64,000 bases of DNA from Octopus bimaculoides (Eukaryota). Each line of letters begins with the position of its first letter. Within the stretch, counting starts at the first letter, position 1. Under the pieces are notes generated by a model that searched no databases, was not told the DNA's origin, and worked only from the letters and a program-made list of their open reading frames with translations. The stretch spans positions 94,167,907 through 94,231,906 of the forward strand of contig NC_068983.1 in NCBI RefSeq assembly GCF_001194135.2. Reading direction: 5' to 3'. A program made the position numbers and the translations under genes. Positions 13,958-27,500 of this stretch are shown here, one piece after another.

Positions 13958-16900
13958 AGAAAACAATCTTCAATACCTCCTGTTGGGGGATTGCTGGAAA
14001 ATTCAAATGGATCATACTTTTTTCAAAACCAGATCTTAATATGGACCAACACCAGAAGGAATTACATCCATCATCACATCATATCATATAACAATATTTG
14101 CTTCTTCTAGTAATTTGTATCAGTACAAGTGTTTGGTTCTTGGAATCTCCTCAGTATTTGAAGAATTTTAGGTAATCATTAGTAATCTCTTCAAATCTTA
14201 ACCTAACATAAATAATATTGCAGATGCAAGATTTGGTATGAGGTGCTATGCTGATCAGAGGGTCAAGAAGTTAGTGATCATATCATCTGGAGAAACCAAA
14301 AACAAGGAAGTACCAATCAATTTATTTAACTCAGTTCATTGTTAACAAAGAAATAGGGAATATTAATTTGCAAGGCATCAGATGGCTCAGAAAAATTCAT
14401 GCAGGCCATATCTGACATCAAGCTCATACCTTGAGGAAATACATAAGATCCTTATTATGCAGATCCATATAGTCATGGAAAGTTTGAATGTGAATAAAGT
14501 TTACAGATTGAATCAACTGATGAAAGTGTCAATGAGGATTTCAAGGTGTCACAAAAGAGCTAACCTGACAAGGAGTCATCTGAATTATAGCATGGCTTAT
14601 GAGGGTCTACAAGAATAAACAAGCAATCAGACACCATTCTTAGTGTGAATATAATATGAAAAAGGCAAGATACAACTTCATACAGTAGTATTGCCTGTTA
14701 AACATAAAATATGTGCTTACTATATCACATGGCCCAACCCAGTGGTCAGATGACATGTTCTATTCGTCATGGCTACTAGTTCAATGAAAGGAATTTTGAT
14801 ATTCAGTTAAAAGTCAACTTGAAAAAAGTAAGGGAGCTCTTGCACCTTTGGTTTCATTTTTGAATAAACACTTTACAATGAAACTACATTATTAGACATT
14901 GAACAAGCATGTTACCAGATGTATTGCAGTAGGTATGCTATGCTACACAATAAGTGTGTGTGTGTGTGTGAGTGTGTGTGCGCGTCCGTCCATGCATGCG
15001 TGTGCGCGCACGCACACAAACTTGGAGCCAACACTAAGTACAAGCAATGTAAACACTTTCTCTTTATATCTTCACAGACAGAGAAAAAGATCAGCTAGAT
15101 AAGTTTCACTCTTGTGTTGGGATACCATCAGCACCTGAGTATTGTCTTAAACTGTCCATAAAGATATATTGAGCCCAAGGATTTGAACCATTTTTTCTAA
15201 ATCATCAGTGGAGAGCAATTAGTGAACCACAACTGAAACATAATTTTCCTGTGCATGATCTGTTTATCGACCAATCGATTTGTAGCAGATCAGGTCACCA
15301 AGTCAGAACATCAAGTGTCCTTGAGATTCATGCACTTTTCTCTCGTGATTTTTCACTAAAGATCTTCGCAGAGTGTTGGGGAAAACTGAAAAACTTACAC
15401 CTCACTTCTTGCCGAGCAAGCCAGAACAATCACAGAAGTTGAGAGTGGCTAGAGAGCACATAACTCACTTGCCACAGGCCAGTACACCAGAGCAGATTTT
15501 CAGCAAGATTTGGTGGATTTACATCTCTGTCTTTTGCTGAGTAAAAACTGTTAAAGATACATTAATTCATTTCTCACCACAAGCAAGCCAGAAATTTTGA
15601 GTAGATTCAGATAAACTCATATTTTGACTTCTTTTTGGAAGGAATACGTAGAACAAAGTATTGAAGGCTAATCTCAAAACCCTGAACCTTACAAAGAGAT
15701 GACAGAGGACTGAGATATGTGGCTCATTGCTGCTCTCAAGACCCTCCCACTACAACAGAATTGAGATCCCAAAACCAAGGTACCACAAAAAAGCACTGGT
15801 AATGGTGTCACATAAAAAGCACCCAGTACACTCTGTAGAGCAATTGGTTTTATGAAGGGTATGTAGCTGTTGAAACCAAGCCAAAACAGATTGTGGAACC
15901 TGGTGCAGCCCCTGGCTTTGCCAGTTCCTGTCGAACCGTCCAAGTCATGCCAACATGGAAAACAGACGTTAAATGTTGATGATGGTAATGATGAAGAACT
16001 CACTGAGTAAGCCATTAATGCCGGTGGAATTTAGACAATATGAAAGTCAATCCCTATATCCTAAGTCTCTACCAGTGAGCATCTGAAAACCCTTGATTAT
16101 ATGTTCAGCCTCTTCTTAAATATATTACAAAATGTTTGCAAGTTTTGCATCTGTTTATAATTCACACAGCCAACCTAATTCATTATAATCTCACACCAAA
16201 GATCACAGTAACAATGAAAACCTAACTAATATACATCTCAGCAACAAAGATACTGTATATAAAGACAAGGGTTTACATTTGTCTACACATAGTGTTAGCT
16301 GAAAGTCTATAGATATATTTTGTAGCACAGTATTGCAGTGAAGCACAACACTTACGTAGTCAAGGATAATGCTATGTTTCTGAAGTGAAAAAGTTGCAGT
16401 GCTTTGTCCCATTTCGAAATAGTGTAATTTGGTCTACAATTGCTTTATTTTTCCAATTTGCCTTTTCCAAACAAATTCTGAGATTGCTCCTGTTTTCCAT
16501 TTAAAGGGACCCTGTTAAACAGTTCAAAATGTACAACTGATGTTTTGATGTGTATTCTCTAGCTGGCCAAGACCATACCCAAAGAGACCTCAACTTACCA
16601 CCTTGAGCTTTAAGAACTCACACTAATGATAGACTGGATTGTACCTGTGTTTAGGATAGATCTAAGTAAGTAAGGTTAGTGGTTGGTATGGAAACAGTTA
16701 TTAATACATCGTCAGGTAGGCTGTAGTGAGAAAAACGCAAGTTGTATGAAGTAGATTTAGAGTAGATACTTAGATAGTAGAGTTTGTTTATACTGATGAA
16801 AAGGGTACTATGGAAATGTGGTCGTCGTGCATTCGATAAGTGCAAGCCTACTTGTTTAGCAGATGGCTTTCCGGCACCCTTGGTGCAAAGAGGATACAGA

Positions 16901-17524
16901 AATTAGTTACAATAAACGGTGCGATTATGTGAACCGTAAGCACCATTTCAATAATCCTCTCTACTATAGGCACAAGTCCTGAAATTTAGGAGAAAGGTGT
17001 TAGTCGACTACATCAAACACCCCACCTCCAGTACTTGTCTAGTACTTATTTTATCGACCTTAAAGGATGAAAGCCAAAGTTGACATCGGCGGCATTTGAA
17101 CTCAAAATATAAAGCCGGAAAGTATGTCGCTAAGCATTTTGTGCGGTAACGATTCTGCCAGTTCGCCACCTTAAACGTTTCAATAATAACATACTTGACA
17201 ATATGCTGCTTGATGAGGTGATGACAAAATTACCAAAATTATCATGGCTTGACAATTAAAACATAAATAAAATTTAAGATAACTAGTAATAAAATGCATA
17301 GAAACTATTTAGTTTCAAAAAGTGAATTTTTTGAAGTGTAAAACCTTGAAATTTTTTTGTAGATGCGCAACAGAGCAAAGATAACTTGGTTGGTATACGC
17401 CCCTGATGGTTTTAAATATGGATAATTAGAAGTTTAACATATACTATAGAACATTTAAAAATGACAATGGATCAATGATACAAAAAATACAAAAACTGAA
17501 CATTAAATGTTCCTTAATACTCAC

Positions 17525-17692
17525 TTTTTGCCTCACATAATTACCATTTCCTGGAGTCAACATAAGACTCGGGCATCTGGTGCAGTAGACCTTCGTTTTG
17601 TTTTTACCGTTATCACCTAATCTGTTGCTGTATAAGGATTTTATTCTCATGATATCGGTGTCATTGTTATTATCGCAATTATCTTCTGCCAT
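17525..17692 (-). CDS. RABIF: RABIF/MSS4 (Rab-interacting factor) coding exon 1
   Basis: ORF MAEDN...KNKTKVYCTRCPSLMLTPGNGNYVRQK resembles the MSS4 N-terminus (RNRKAVLCQRCGSRVL) with the first CxxC zinc pair. It ends at a phase-0 donor AAA|GTGAGT (plus-strand actcac at 17519-17524); 168 nt = 56 codons. Confidence 0.93.
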
Positions 17693-18765
17693 TCTATAAC
17701 AACACTATCGATGTCTTAATATTACAATATAACAATTGTTTACTGTAAATCCCATTAAACATGCGGTAATAAGACGAGAGAATACACGGCAACTAGTTAT
17801 ACTTGACTGCAGAGGTTCACCTAAATAGTCGTCACACGAACAGCATGTCACAGAAGCAATAAATGTTTTGGGACTAGAAGGTTCCTGATACCTGTGGAGT
17901 ATCTCCTTCTCCCATTACAATATGTTAATCTGTGCTAACCTGAACGGAAGGTTAGTTCGGGTTAGCATATTTAATTGATGTTTTAGGAATGATGGGATGA
18001 AATTTTCAGTTCGTCACAGTATCAAAGAGTCAATATCCAACCATATATTTGTTTTCCTTATTTCCAACTTCTGAAGTTATTGACAGTTTTTTTAATATAC
18101 TTTTACTTATATAACATGGCTAGCACGTACATGCACGGAACTTTCAATGTTCTCTATAATTTTATTGTCAGTAATTAAAACAATTTTATAAGCCACTTAG
18201 GGAATATTCAATATTGCCCAAATTTCTTCCGAAACCTCGTACATAATTTCAACCGCACAATTTAATATAAGTATTTCATTAACTTAGTTCAAATAATTCT
18301 GATAACCACTAGATTCCTGGTGAAAATCAGTTAATTTCACTTATTCTTTTAATTTTTTTACTTGAAGAATTTTTAGTCGAAGGAATCTATTCCAGTACTT
18401 ATAATTTTTGAATTACCAGTGCTTATTCTATCGGTCTCTTTTTGCCCAACCATTAAGTTACGGGGATGTAAACACACCAATACGGGTTGTCAAGCGGTGC
18501 TGGGAGAGACAAACACACACACACACACATATATAAATATATATATAGCCTAGGGGAGACAATCCTTTTGTTGACATTGAGTAACGGGGTCCTTTCCTCC
18601 CCCCCCCCTTACTCTATACAGGCTATTCGTTAGAGCGGCCTTTAGTTAACAGTGTTTGGGATCTGATAATATGCCATAAAGCTAAGCCCTTTATGGATGT
18701 GAAACTTAAAGTAATCCCATAAACCGGACTTATCTAACTTTAATATATATACTCACTTATATTAA

Positions 18766-18922
18766 AGTAATAAAGTTAATGTCTGGTCACAGAGTGACCA
18801 ATGGTTTCGCATCCACGAAGGCCGTAGCTTTGTGGACGACTCATCAGACTGTAGTCCGAAGACAAATTTGTCTGCAGCCTTCGTGGATGCGAAACCATAG
18901 ACCAGACATTAACTTTATTACT
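18766..18922. repeat. 157-bp nested foldback (MITE-like)
   Basis: Perfect 23-bp outer arms (18766-18788 / 18900-18922) and perfect 22-bp inner arms (18801-18822 / 18877-18898), plus small internal hairpins. Confidence 0.85.
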
Positions 18923-21900
18923 CAACCTCATTCTGACCGTGGCCTCCTTTAATTCAACACGAAATCGTTATGGCCCCCATGCTAATTTAAGCTTTTATCT
19001 CCACTCTGTCCCTCAACTTAATGCATCTAAAGAAGTAGAAAGAAGCATTAAAAGTTGTAGTTTTGCATCAAATATCCACCCCACTTGTAAATAAAAAAAA
19101 AATAGTTGAATAAATATTTCACTTAAATAAATCTATTTACACTTACAAAGCAAAAAAATGTAACAATTTTAGTTTATATTGCTTGATTTCAATGGGATCC
19201 CTGTGACTGATGCAGAGTTACCAACTTGTCAATATTTGGTTTTAAAGCCATCAGTGAGAGGCGTAAATCTCCTCTTTCTTCTACGTCAAGGCAATTTCGA
19301 ATCTTTGACAGCAGACACATCACCCAACTGAAACCTGACTCAACTAAATAAGATGTGGGAAAAACTAGTAAAAGCAACTTAACGTTTTTCCTAGGTAGTG
19401 GGTACTTTATAGAGATCTGTAGTAACGCTGTGTGCATGCGTAGTCTCACGCATGCGTGGAATTAAACATCCAGGCTTTCCAGCTTCATTCTGTCTCTTTC
19501 TTGCTGGCCAGCGATTGAGCAAGGACATGTCTAGCTGTCTCTCCATCTTTCGAACTCACGCTAGACAGCTCACATCAATATACCAACGCCCCAACAACCA
19601 TGTTCTCACACACCGAAGACGTCTCAACAAACAAGATTAAAGATGTATATTTTCCACAATAAATAAATATTGTTTATGTTGATAGTTTGGAGTTCAGCGT
19701 TCCGTTCAATTCTTAATTTAATATAGGAAAGTCAGGTGTACATCTAATGATGTATAACCCACTTCCTATAAAGTGGTGACCCTGACGTGATTCAAACACG
19801 CAGCCCGCTGAGCTATTTAACACATTCCTATAAAGTGGTGACCCTCCGACGTGATTCAAACACGCAGCCCGCTGAGCTACAATAACAACTATTTCTATAT
19901 AACTGATAACCAACATTCTTATAAAGTAGTGACCCCGAACCCACTTCCTATAGATCTCTTCATTCATCCACAGCTTCTGGCATCCTCCATATTTGAACCT
20001 TGTTTGAGCTGCTGTGTTATTTTGAAGTTGAATGAAGCTTTCTTGTATGTCAATATTGACTTCAGATGGATCAACAACAAAGGGATCCACAAACCATTAT
20101 GGCACCATCATTTGGAGTGGATCAGAGAAGTGAATTTCTATATCATTATGTAACTGCTTCAAATGATCAACATAAACTGTTAAGTCATCATCAAGCAGCT
20201 CGGTGGATATGCGTGCTAAGGAAGGAAACTATGCAAATTCCCGTCTTCCAAGATTCATCCAGAATAACTTTTGTTTCCCATTGAAGGTTTTAATTTTCTC
20301 TTTGCAAGAAAACAGAGTGGAGTTATTTTCTTGAAGTTCTTTGTTAAAGACATTTAGCTTTTCAAGTATGTCAGACAAGTAAAAAATATCACTTTTTGCA
20401 TCAACAAGTTTCTCTCCAAGTTCTATTTCACTCAAAAATGAGATAACAGTGTCTTCAAGTGCAACAAAGCAATGCAAGCAATTACTCTTGGATAGCCATC
20501 TGACTTCAGTATACAACACAAGTCGTTGAAATTCCTCGTTATTTTCACATAATTGGCGATCTTGCAATGCATTCTTTTATTATCAAGTTGACAGCTTTGA
20601 TAACATTTATAAGTGCATCATTCAAACGTCCTGCTATGTGTCTGGCAACCAGATTTTGTTGATGAATACAGTGCACACAAAGCACATTAGGAAACCTAAC
20701 AAATGCCATTAAAAAAAAGCAGAATGATCAGGTAGAGTTGATTCATCTATTTGAAGTGAGAACTCATTTACCCTAAGTTTTGAAACTAATTGGCTTTCAA
20801 CATCAGCTGCCATTTCATCAATCCGTCATGATACTGATGAGTTGCTCAGAGGAATAGCACTAGTAACCTCTTGTGGACTCTGATCCATGACTGTTGAAAG
20901 CACTACAGCCAGTGCAGGCATGATCAAAGATTCACCAATGGTGTGAGGCTTACCAGCTTTTGCAATTAAATTTCCTATCTTGTAAGAAGCCAACATTCCT
21001 TTGTCTACTTTTGTTGTTTTTTGAGTGAACATTTGATCCACTGTCATCCTTCCTTGAAACTCATCACATAACCTTTTGAAGAAATCTAGTGGCTTGTCTT
21101 TCTTATCTCTATGTGCAGTCTCCAGATGTTTTTTTTTTCTTTTTTTAGTTTGCAGGGACGCATACTTTCATTTGATAACGAAGTCTTGTATAGCAGACCA
21201 ATAGGCATGGTAGAATTTTGTGGAGATTTAATGAATCCATAAGCAAGATATACGGCAGAATATTGTCTACACTCTTTTTAGATGCACTTGCCATGTTTAT
21301 CTGAAATAATAAACAAATATTTTCAAAAAAGTTGAATAAACAAGAAGTTAGTTTCGAGCATTTTCATCAAGGGTGAATACAGAGTAAGGTAAACCAACAT
21401 ACCTTTTTAGTCAAGAATAAAATTAGATCTAAAACCAAGTTTATAAAGTTAATACATTATGCAGTTAACTAAATCAAAGGCTATAATAATCAAGAAAAAT
21501 AGATTAATATTTATGCTTATAAAAAGATAAAAATAACGACAAAAATTCATCATTCCCTTTTCAGTTGACAATCCAGAAAGAAAATTAATTTGATGAAAAG
21601 AAACTAAATTATAAAAGTGATAGCTAAAGCAAGCGAGCTGGTAAACTCATGGAGAAAATAGGGCTGATTTATTGTTGAATCAAACTCAAATTACCTAAAA
21701 GAGTTAGCAAAGTATATTGAAAATGTATTTTCTCTTTTAAAGAAAAATGATTTTAGAATATATTTTGTTATATTCGATTAAACATAGTTCAACATTAAAT
21801 TTTACTCTAATTAAATTAAGTATAAAATGCTATTCAGTGACCAATTATTGAGTTATTAAATTGATTAATAATTTAATAGTTGTATAAAAGTGCATATAAG

Positions 21901-22852
21901 AATGATTTCATCTAGTTTTCTAATGAATTGTTTGTTTTGGGGGTACTCTAGGCCTCTCACCTCCCTCTTGATTCCCCATCTTAGTTTGAATACTTCTTAA
22001 AGCCCCTATTAATTATAGGTTTTTTGAAAATAAATCCTATACTCGTATATGAAGAAACAGTTTTCCTGGCGGCTTAGATTCAGTTTAAATGATTGATCAA
22101 TGATTTAACTTGGTGGATTGATCTTTCCGCCCTCACCTCTGACAAAATGGACCTAGATGGAAAATTTATGATAATTAAAGTAACTTATAAAAACTTAAGT
22201 AAAATGATGTAACGATACAGAAAAATATAATTAAACAAGAAAGTACGGAATCAAGAGCAGAAGAAGAATGAGATAATCAGACAGAGAGAGAGAGAGAAAG
22301 AAGTGGTATAATTTGACAAAGCAAAAAAGAAAAATGAATCTTAAAGAGACTTGTGCGGATGTTAACCAGTTAGCATGGACATTGTTGACTGGATGGATTT
22401 TCCATGTCAATAATATTGAAGTGGAGTTTTGATTAATAACTGTGACTTTGCCTTCTGTGCTGTCCATTATATATGTATGTTTTGCAGCTTTAAAATTTTG
22501 GAGCAATTTGGTAAGATGCAATATGTAGCTGTTTATCCTTATGAACCAGACATACAACACTCAAAATCCAATATTCTAACATGTGTTATCTAGGTACATA
22601 TATGAGTGTAATAGAAAATTAGTACATAATGATGATTCATCATAATTATAAATGCATATATATGTGTTTCTTATATGTATATGTGTAATGTGCATTTTAC
22701 AAATAAAAATACATGCCTACATGTTACTATTTTATAATTTCCAAATTTTCTGTGGCCCCCACCCCCGTAGCATCCTGTGGCTCCCTATTTTTCAAACTTA
22801 GCTTTGTGGCCCCCAAGAAATTTTTCAGTATGGCTCCCGTTGAGAAACTCTG
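18921..22852 (-). mobile_element. hAT superfamily, Buster/Charlie-type DNA transposon (decayed)
   Basis: Broken transposase from ATG at about 21294 to stop at 19189: BED-like start (CRQYSAVYLAYGF...SNESMRPCKL), KAGKPHTIGESLIMPA, TEVRWLSK, and dimerisation domain FPTSYLVESGFS. Terminal CAGAGTTTCTCAAC at 22852-22839 with flank ctttagag, fitting the Buster NNNTANNN target preference. The left end is unresolved. Confidence 0.88.
19418..19952 (+). mobile_element. LTR-like insertion with tandem tRNA-Trp primer-binding-site copies, nested in the Buster transposase
   Basis: Starts TGTAGT and ends CCTATA. Flanked by GATC (19414-19417 and 19953-19956); removing it restores the transposase reading WMNEEISIKYPLP. 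Internal AATAAA at about 19658. TGGTGACCC..GACGTGAT motifs at 19774, 19836 and (degenerate) 19927. Confidence 0.75.
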
Positions 22853-25800
22853 CTTTAGAGTGTGTTTCTTATTCAGATATACGATACATTGACTATATAT
22901 ATATAATCAACAATAAAATCTATATAGGATTTTATCAAGTAGCTAGCATGTAATAAACCATTTAGGTAAAATTATATACTTTATATGTATGTATGTATGT
23001 ATGTATGTGAAGGCAGTAAACTTGATATTAGACGCAAAAGCCTATTCTACGTGAAGTTGTGATTCGCCAGATCCCATCGATCACGTTGGCAATATTCTTT
23101 CCTGGCGAAGTCGCGATTGGTCAGATTCGTTGATCATGTGGGCAACATTCAGCTAATCATGACATTCGGGCAAATGTTAAATATTCTCACCACAGATATG
23201 TTTACTTAACTTCATGAGCATGTGTAGCAAAACAAATTTAGCGATCGTGAAAAACTTTTCATGAATGTCACTTTGTGCGTCAATGACTGGTATTATGGAG
23301 AGATACTTGCATAGCAAGTGACTTGATCTGAGATCGTGTGCTGAACCAAAAATAATTGCAGCATAGAAGATGTTTATAAGCCATTTAAGAACACAGCACG
23401 AAGTTTTGTCATTGAACAAGTCGCGGTTTCAAAGTGGCGAAAATATTTTGACACAAATTAAATTTAAATGTTGAAGTGAATCTAAATTTAAATGTTGAAG
23501 TGAATACTTAGTGGCATTTCATCTCTGAGTTCAAATTCCGCCACGGTCGACTTTGAATTTCATCCTTAAATTTAGTGCTACTACAAGTTGAGCACTAGGA
23601 TGAATGTAATCAATTATCCTCCACCCCAAAATTTCAAGCCTTGTGTTTATTGTACATAGAATATCTAATATATGTACAGTTTATGCAGTGAAAGTGCGTG
23701 ATTTAGTAGTTAGGATATTCGGTTCACGATCGTAAAATTGCGAGTTCGATTCCTGGCGGTGAGTTTTGTCCTTGAGCAAGACACTTTATCTCACATTGCT
23801 CTAATTTAGTCGGAAATGAGATGCATCTGGGGACCAGTATAATCACATTCTGTGTCACGCTGAATCTCCTTGAAGACTACGTTAAAGGTACATGTGTTTG
23901 TGGAGTGTTCAACCACTCTCACGTCCGTAACCGACAGGATGTCAATTACGGTCTAAACATTAGTTATACCCCATACTGTATTTCCATAAAAATACGAATG
24001 TAACTAACGTCACTTCTAGTTTCTATCGCAATTTACTTTCAAGTTTTAGAACAATTTACTTTTACGTTTTAACGATGGTAAATTGTACGTTAACCGTTTC
24101 TACAACCACTTCAGGTTCTACATTAATCCTACATTACTACTTCAGGGTCTACATTAATCCTTACGTTCAGTCCTTCCTTCACAGAAAGTCGTCCCTCTGC
24201 AATTCCCATCCGGTACGTTTTTTTCTTTTGAGTTTTTTTCTTCTTTATTGTTTTAGGTTTTTTTTTTTTTTCATGCAGTTGTTGACTTACAACTAGTTTA
24301 AAAGCGATGTTAGCCATATTGATTTGGCCATGAGCACAGCCTCATCATCTTCAGTGTTTTGAATCAAAATATTGATTCACGAGACTGGCGCAATGCCACA
24401 AAGTTTAGAAGAGGTTATAATCGATTAAAACTATGCAACTACTTGACCCTTACTTTATTTTGACTCTGTAAAACAGTGGCGTAACGTGAAAATGTCATCT
24501 TCCATTTGTCAGCGTAAAATACCTTGGAAACTGCAAATATACATATAGGTGGACCGGCCGGCTTATGCCATCCGCACGGAAACGATACCACTGCCGTAAG
24601 GATCAAAAAACAAAGTTTATATCAGTAGGATTTGATCTTAAAAGGTAAAAGATTGTATCTAATTATCACAATGCATTTTGACTGGCACGATAATGGTATT
24701 TCGAATCGATGGTTCTCTGCGATATACACGACACCAGAATGGTAATTCAAGATGCATAACTCTGCATGGTATAATGCTAGAATTACCTCCCTTACAAGTG
24801 CTTTCTCTTTTATATTTTAATTTGAGTAAGAGGAACATATTTTTTTTATTATTAAGGCGATAAACTGGCAGAATCGTTCGCACGCTGAGCGAAATGCTTA
24901 GTAGTATTTCGTCCGTCTTTATGTTCTGAGTTCAAATTCTGCCGGACTCGACTTTGCCTTTCAACCTTTCCGGTTCAATAAAATAAGTTCCAGGTGGGTA
25001 CTGGAGTCGATATAAGCGACTAACCTCAAATTTTAAGCCTTGTGCCTATAGTAGAAAGGATTGTTATTGTTATTATTATAGTTACGTCGATGTGATACAT
25101 TGGCATTCGTAGCTAAAATATGGGTAGGAAGGTATTTTCAGAGGGTTTCTGTTTCGTAAAAAGAAGTAATTGAAGAATGGCGTATAGGAGACTTCGTAAT
25201 AGTAAATATATGTAACGATAATAATTTGTGTAGTTACCAATTTTAACGGGTAAGATTGATTAGGTACACAATATTATGAAATGTCGGAATCAGCAGTTGT
25301 GACGATAAAAATTTGTTGTTATAATTACATGTTGTAAGATGCGAAAGATGGACAATGCATGAAGTTTTAAAGAAGTATTTATTTACCGTTACATTACAAT
25401 ACCTTGCCTCGACGGGCAGGTTATGACAAATCCAAAAGCATGGGAAGTAAAGTTTGTGCTTGTGTCCTCTTCATTGTTTAGTAGTAATTACGGAGAGGGA
25501 TAGAATGATGTTGTAAGAGAATACAATTAGAGCTAGTGAGAGTTGTAGGGTGTCGGATGTTGTCTCACAGTTGCCTGACAGTAACTTCCTTTCTCCCTCT
25601 GACCAAGGTTCTACCTGGTCAGCCAGACTTCGTTCTCACTGAGTCGTCACCGACTGGTGACTAACTCTTTGCTTGCTGTTTATGCTTTTATAACTATCCA
25701 GAAGGATAAACATCATTGAGAACAATAGATTTAGTTGGTGGTCTTGTTATCTTAATTCTAGCTTTTCAGGGTTTAGAAGAGGTTAGAAAGGGTCAAGTGG

Positions 25801-26979
25801 TGAAGACATTATTTCGGCCTAGCTAAAGACATCTAGAATATGTAAAACTGCTGTCAGAGAAAAACCATTGTTCCACCGTGGAAAAAGTTCTGTTGCAGTG
25901 TTAATTTAAATTTGGCTATGGTGGATCGAATCCACTTCATGAATGCAAGATCCACTACATATATATATATTTCTGAGATCTTGCTCTTGAACGTAGAGAA
26001 AAAGGTATTGTTAGACTGTTTGTTGGTAGATCCTCACCATTTTCCTCAGGTTCCTAAAGTTACCTGCTTTTTTGTGAGGCACACAGTGGCAGCAGAGTTT
26101 GATACCATTAATGCTACGCTTAAACTCTAGCAAGTCAACACCTGCAGGAAAGACATGAGCAGGTAAAAGATTCCAAAGAGCCGATATTTTGAACAGAAAG
26201 GACTGGTCTAATGGTTGAGCAAGATCTAATGGTTCGACTCAAAACAGACGAGAGATAGAGAGACAAATAAGTCGAGTGTAAACGAGTAGTTGAAATATGT
26301 GACCACCTAGCGCCAAGGAGCAGAGGCTGTTATAGTAGTAATAGAAAAGACAGAAAAAACAGTACATCTGTAGGCTAGAGTGTGTCCATTATTGATTTAA
26401 TACTTTCTCTGGATGAGATCCAGAATGTCTGTGTTCATAGCATCAGTACCATCCCTGAAGTGAACGCAGTACTACCTTGCGGGCCTCAACTAAGCCTTAT
26501 AGGATGTCAATTGCAGCTGAAAGTTAACATATCTTCTGGCTATAAAGAGGAGATAGTCTTTGAGAGGCGATCCGATATATGCTTTTGCCAGGAGAGATCC
26601 TCGGTGATAGTGAGGCACAACATGTGTACTTGGAGTGACTGCACATGATTAGAGGGGGTGTGATGTGGTAGTCCTTTCTTGATATGAGTAGTACTTGAGT
26701 ATTTTGGCTGTTAAAAGGGACGAGATTGGCATGACCCCCACTGAAAGATGCTCTCGAGATCTTTGTTTATTGAGTCAATGCATATTTTACGTGTGGATGC
26801 TACATGATTAGAAAAATTGCGGGAGGAATGAACGGTTGTGTCATTTATATAAGAGTGAGTGCTGCTGGATGTGGCGGTTTATCGCACAAAAGGATAAGAG
26901 CAGATATTGACCTACAACGGTTTAAATGAAACAAAAACGGTATCAATATCTTTTTCGGATGGCATTGTATATTGTTTTA

Positions 26980-27500
26980 GTGACATCATCGTGTTACATA
27001 CGAAGGTAAACCTTGATGACATTTTGGGGCAGCTACTAATCGTGGATGGTTTACTGCCAATTCGAAGGTTTTGCAGTCTCTTATTCGTGACCTCCTTTAT
27101 GCAGATGATTGCAACTTAGTTGCTCACACAGTTGAAGATATGCAAATTCTCATGGATCATATTTCTGCATTTTGCAAGACATTTGGACTCAACATTATCC
27201 TCGACAAGACTGTTGTAACGTTCCCGCCTGCGCCAGGGAACTTATATGTGAAACCATCTATCATAGTTAAAGGAACAGTACTGAGAGGGGTAGATAAGTT
27301 AGTCTCTGAGCAGCACACTTCTTGCTCCTTGGATGACAAAATATCTTTTAAGCTTCAGAAAGCAATTGATTCTTTCAGGGTTCTTGAGTCTGATGTTTGT
27401 TCCCAACATGACATCAAAAGGCAAACAAAAGTTGCTGTGTACCGTGCGTGTGAGCTGTCTATCAGTTATCAGTATATCTAGTGAGGTAACTTTTTTTTTT
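26980..27500 (+). mobile_element. RTE/BovB-like LINE reverse transcriptase fragment
   Basis: SLIRDLLYADDCNLVAHTVEDMQILMDHISAFCKTFGLNIILDKT contains the YADD catalytic motif. Confidence 0.85.

Noticed and set aside
14200-15640. GC-richer, coding-looking stretches in the RABIF intron (about 14200-14620 and 15100-15560)
   Set aside because: All frames I tried are short or stopped and I recognise no domain; probably old transposon debris.
19757-19952. CRISPR-like reading of the repeat-spacer pattern
   Set aside because: Only 2-3 repeats in a eukaryotic context, no cas genes, and the repeat is better explained as a tRNA-Trp PBS. Kept as a finding under that interpretation.
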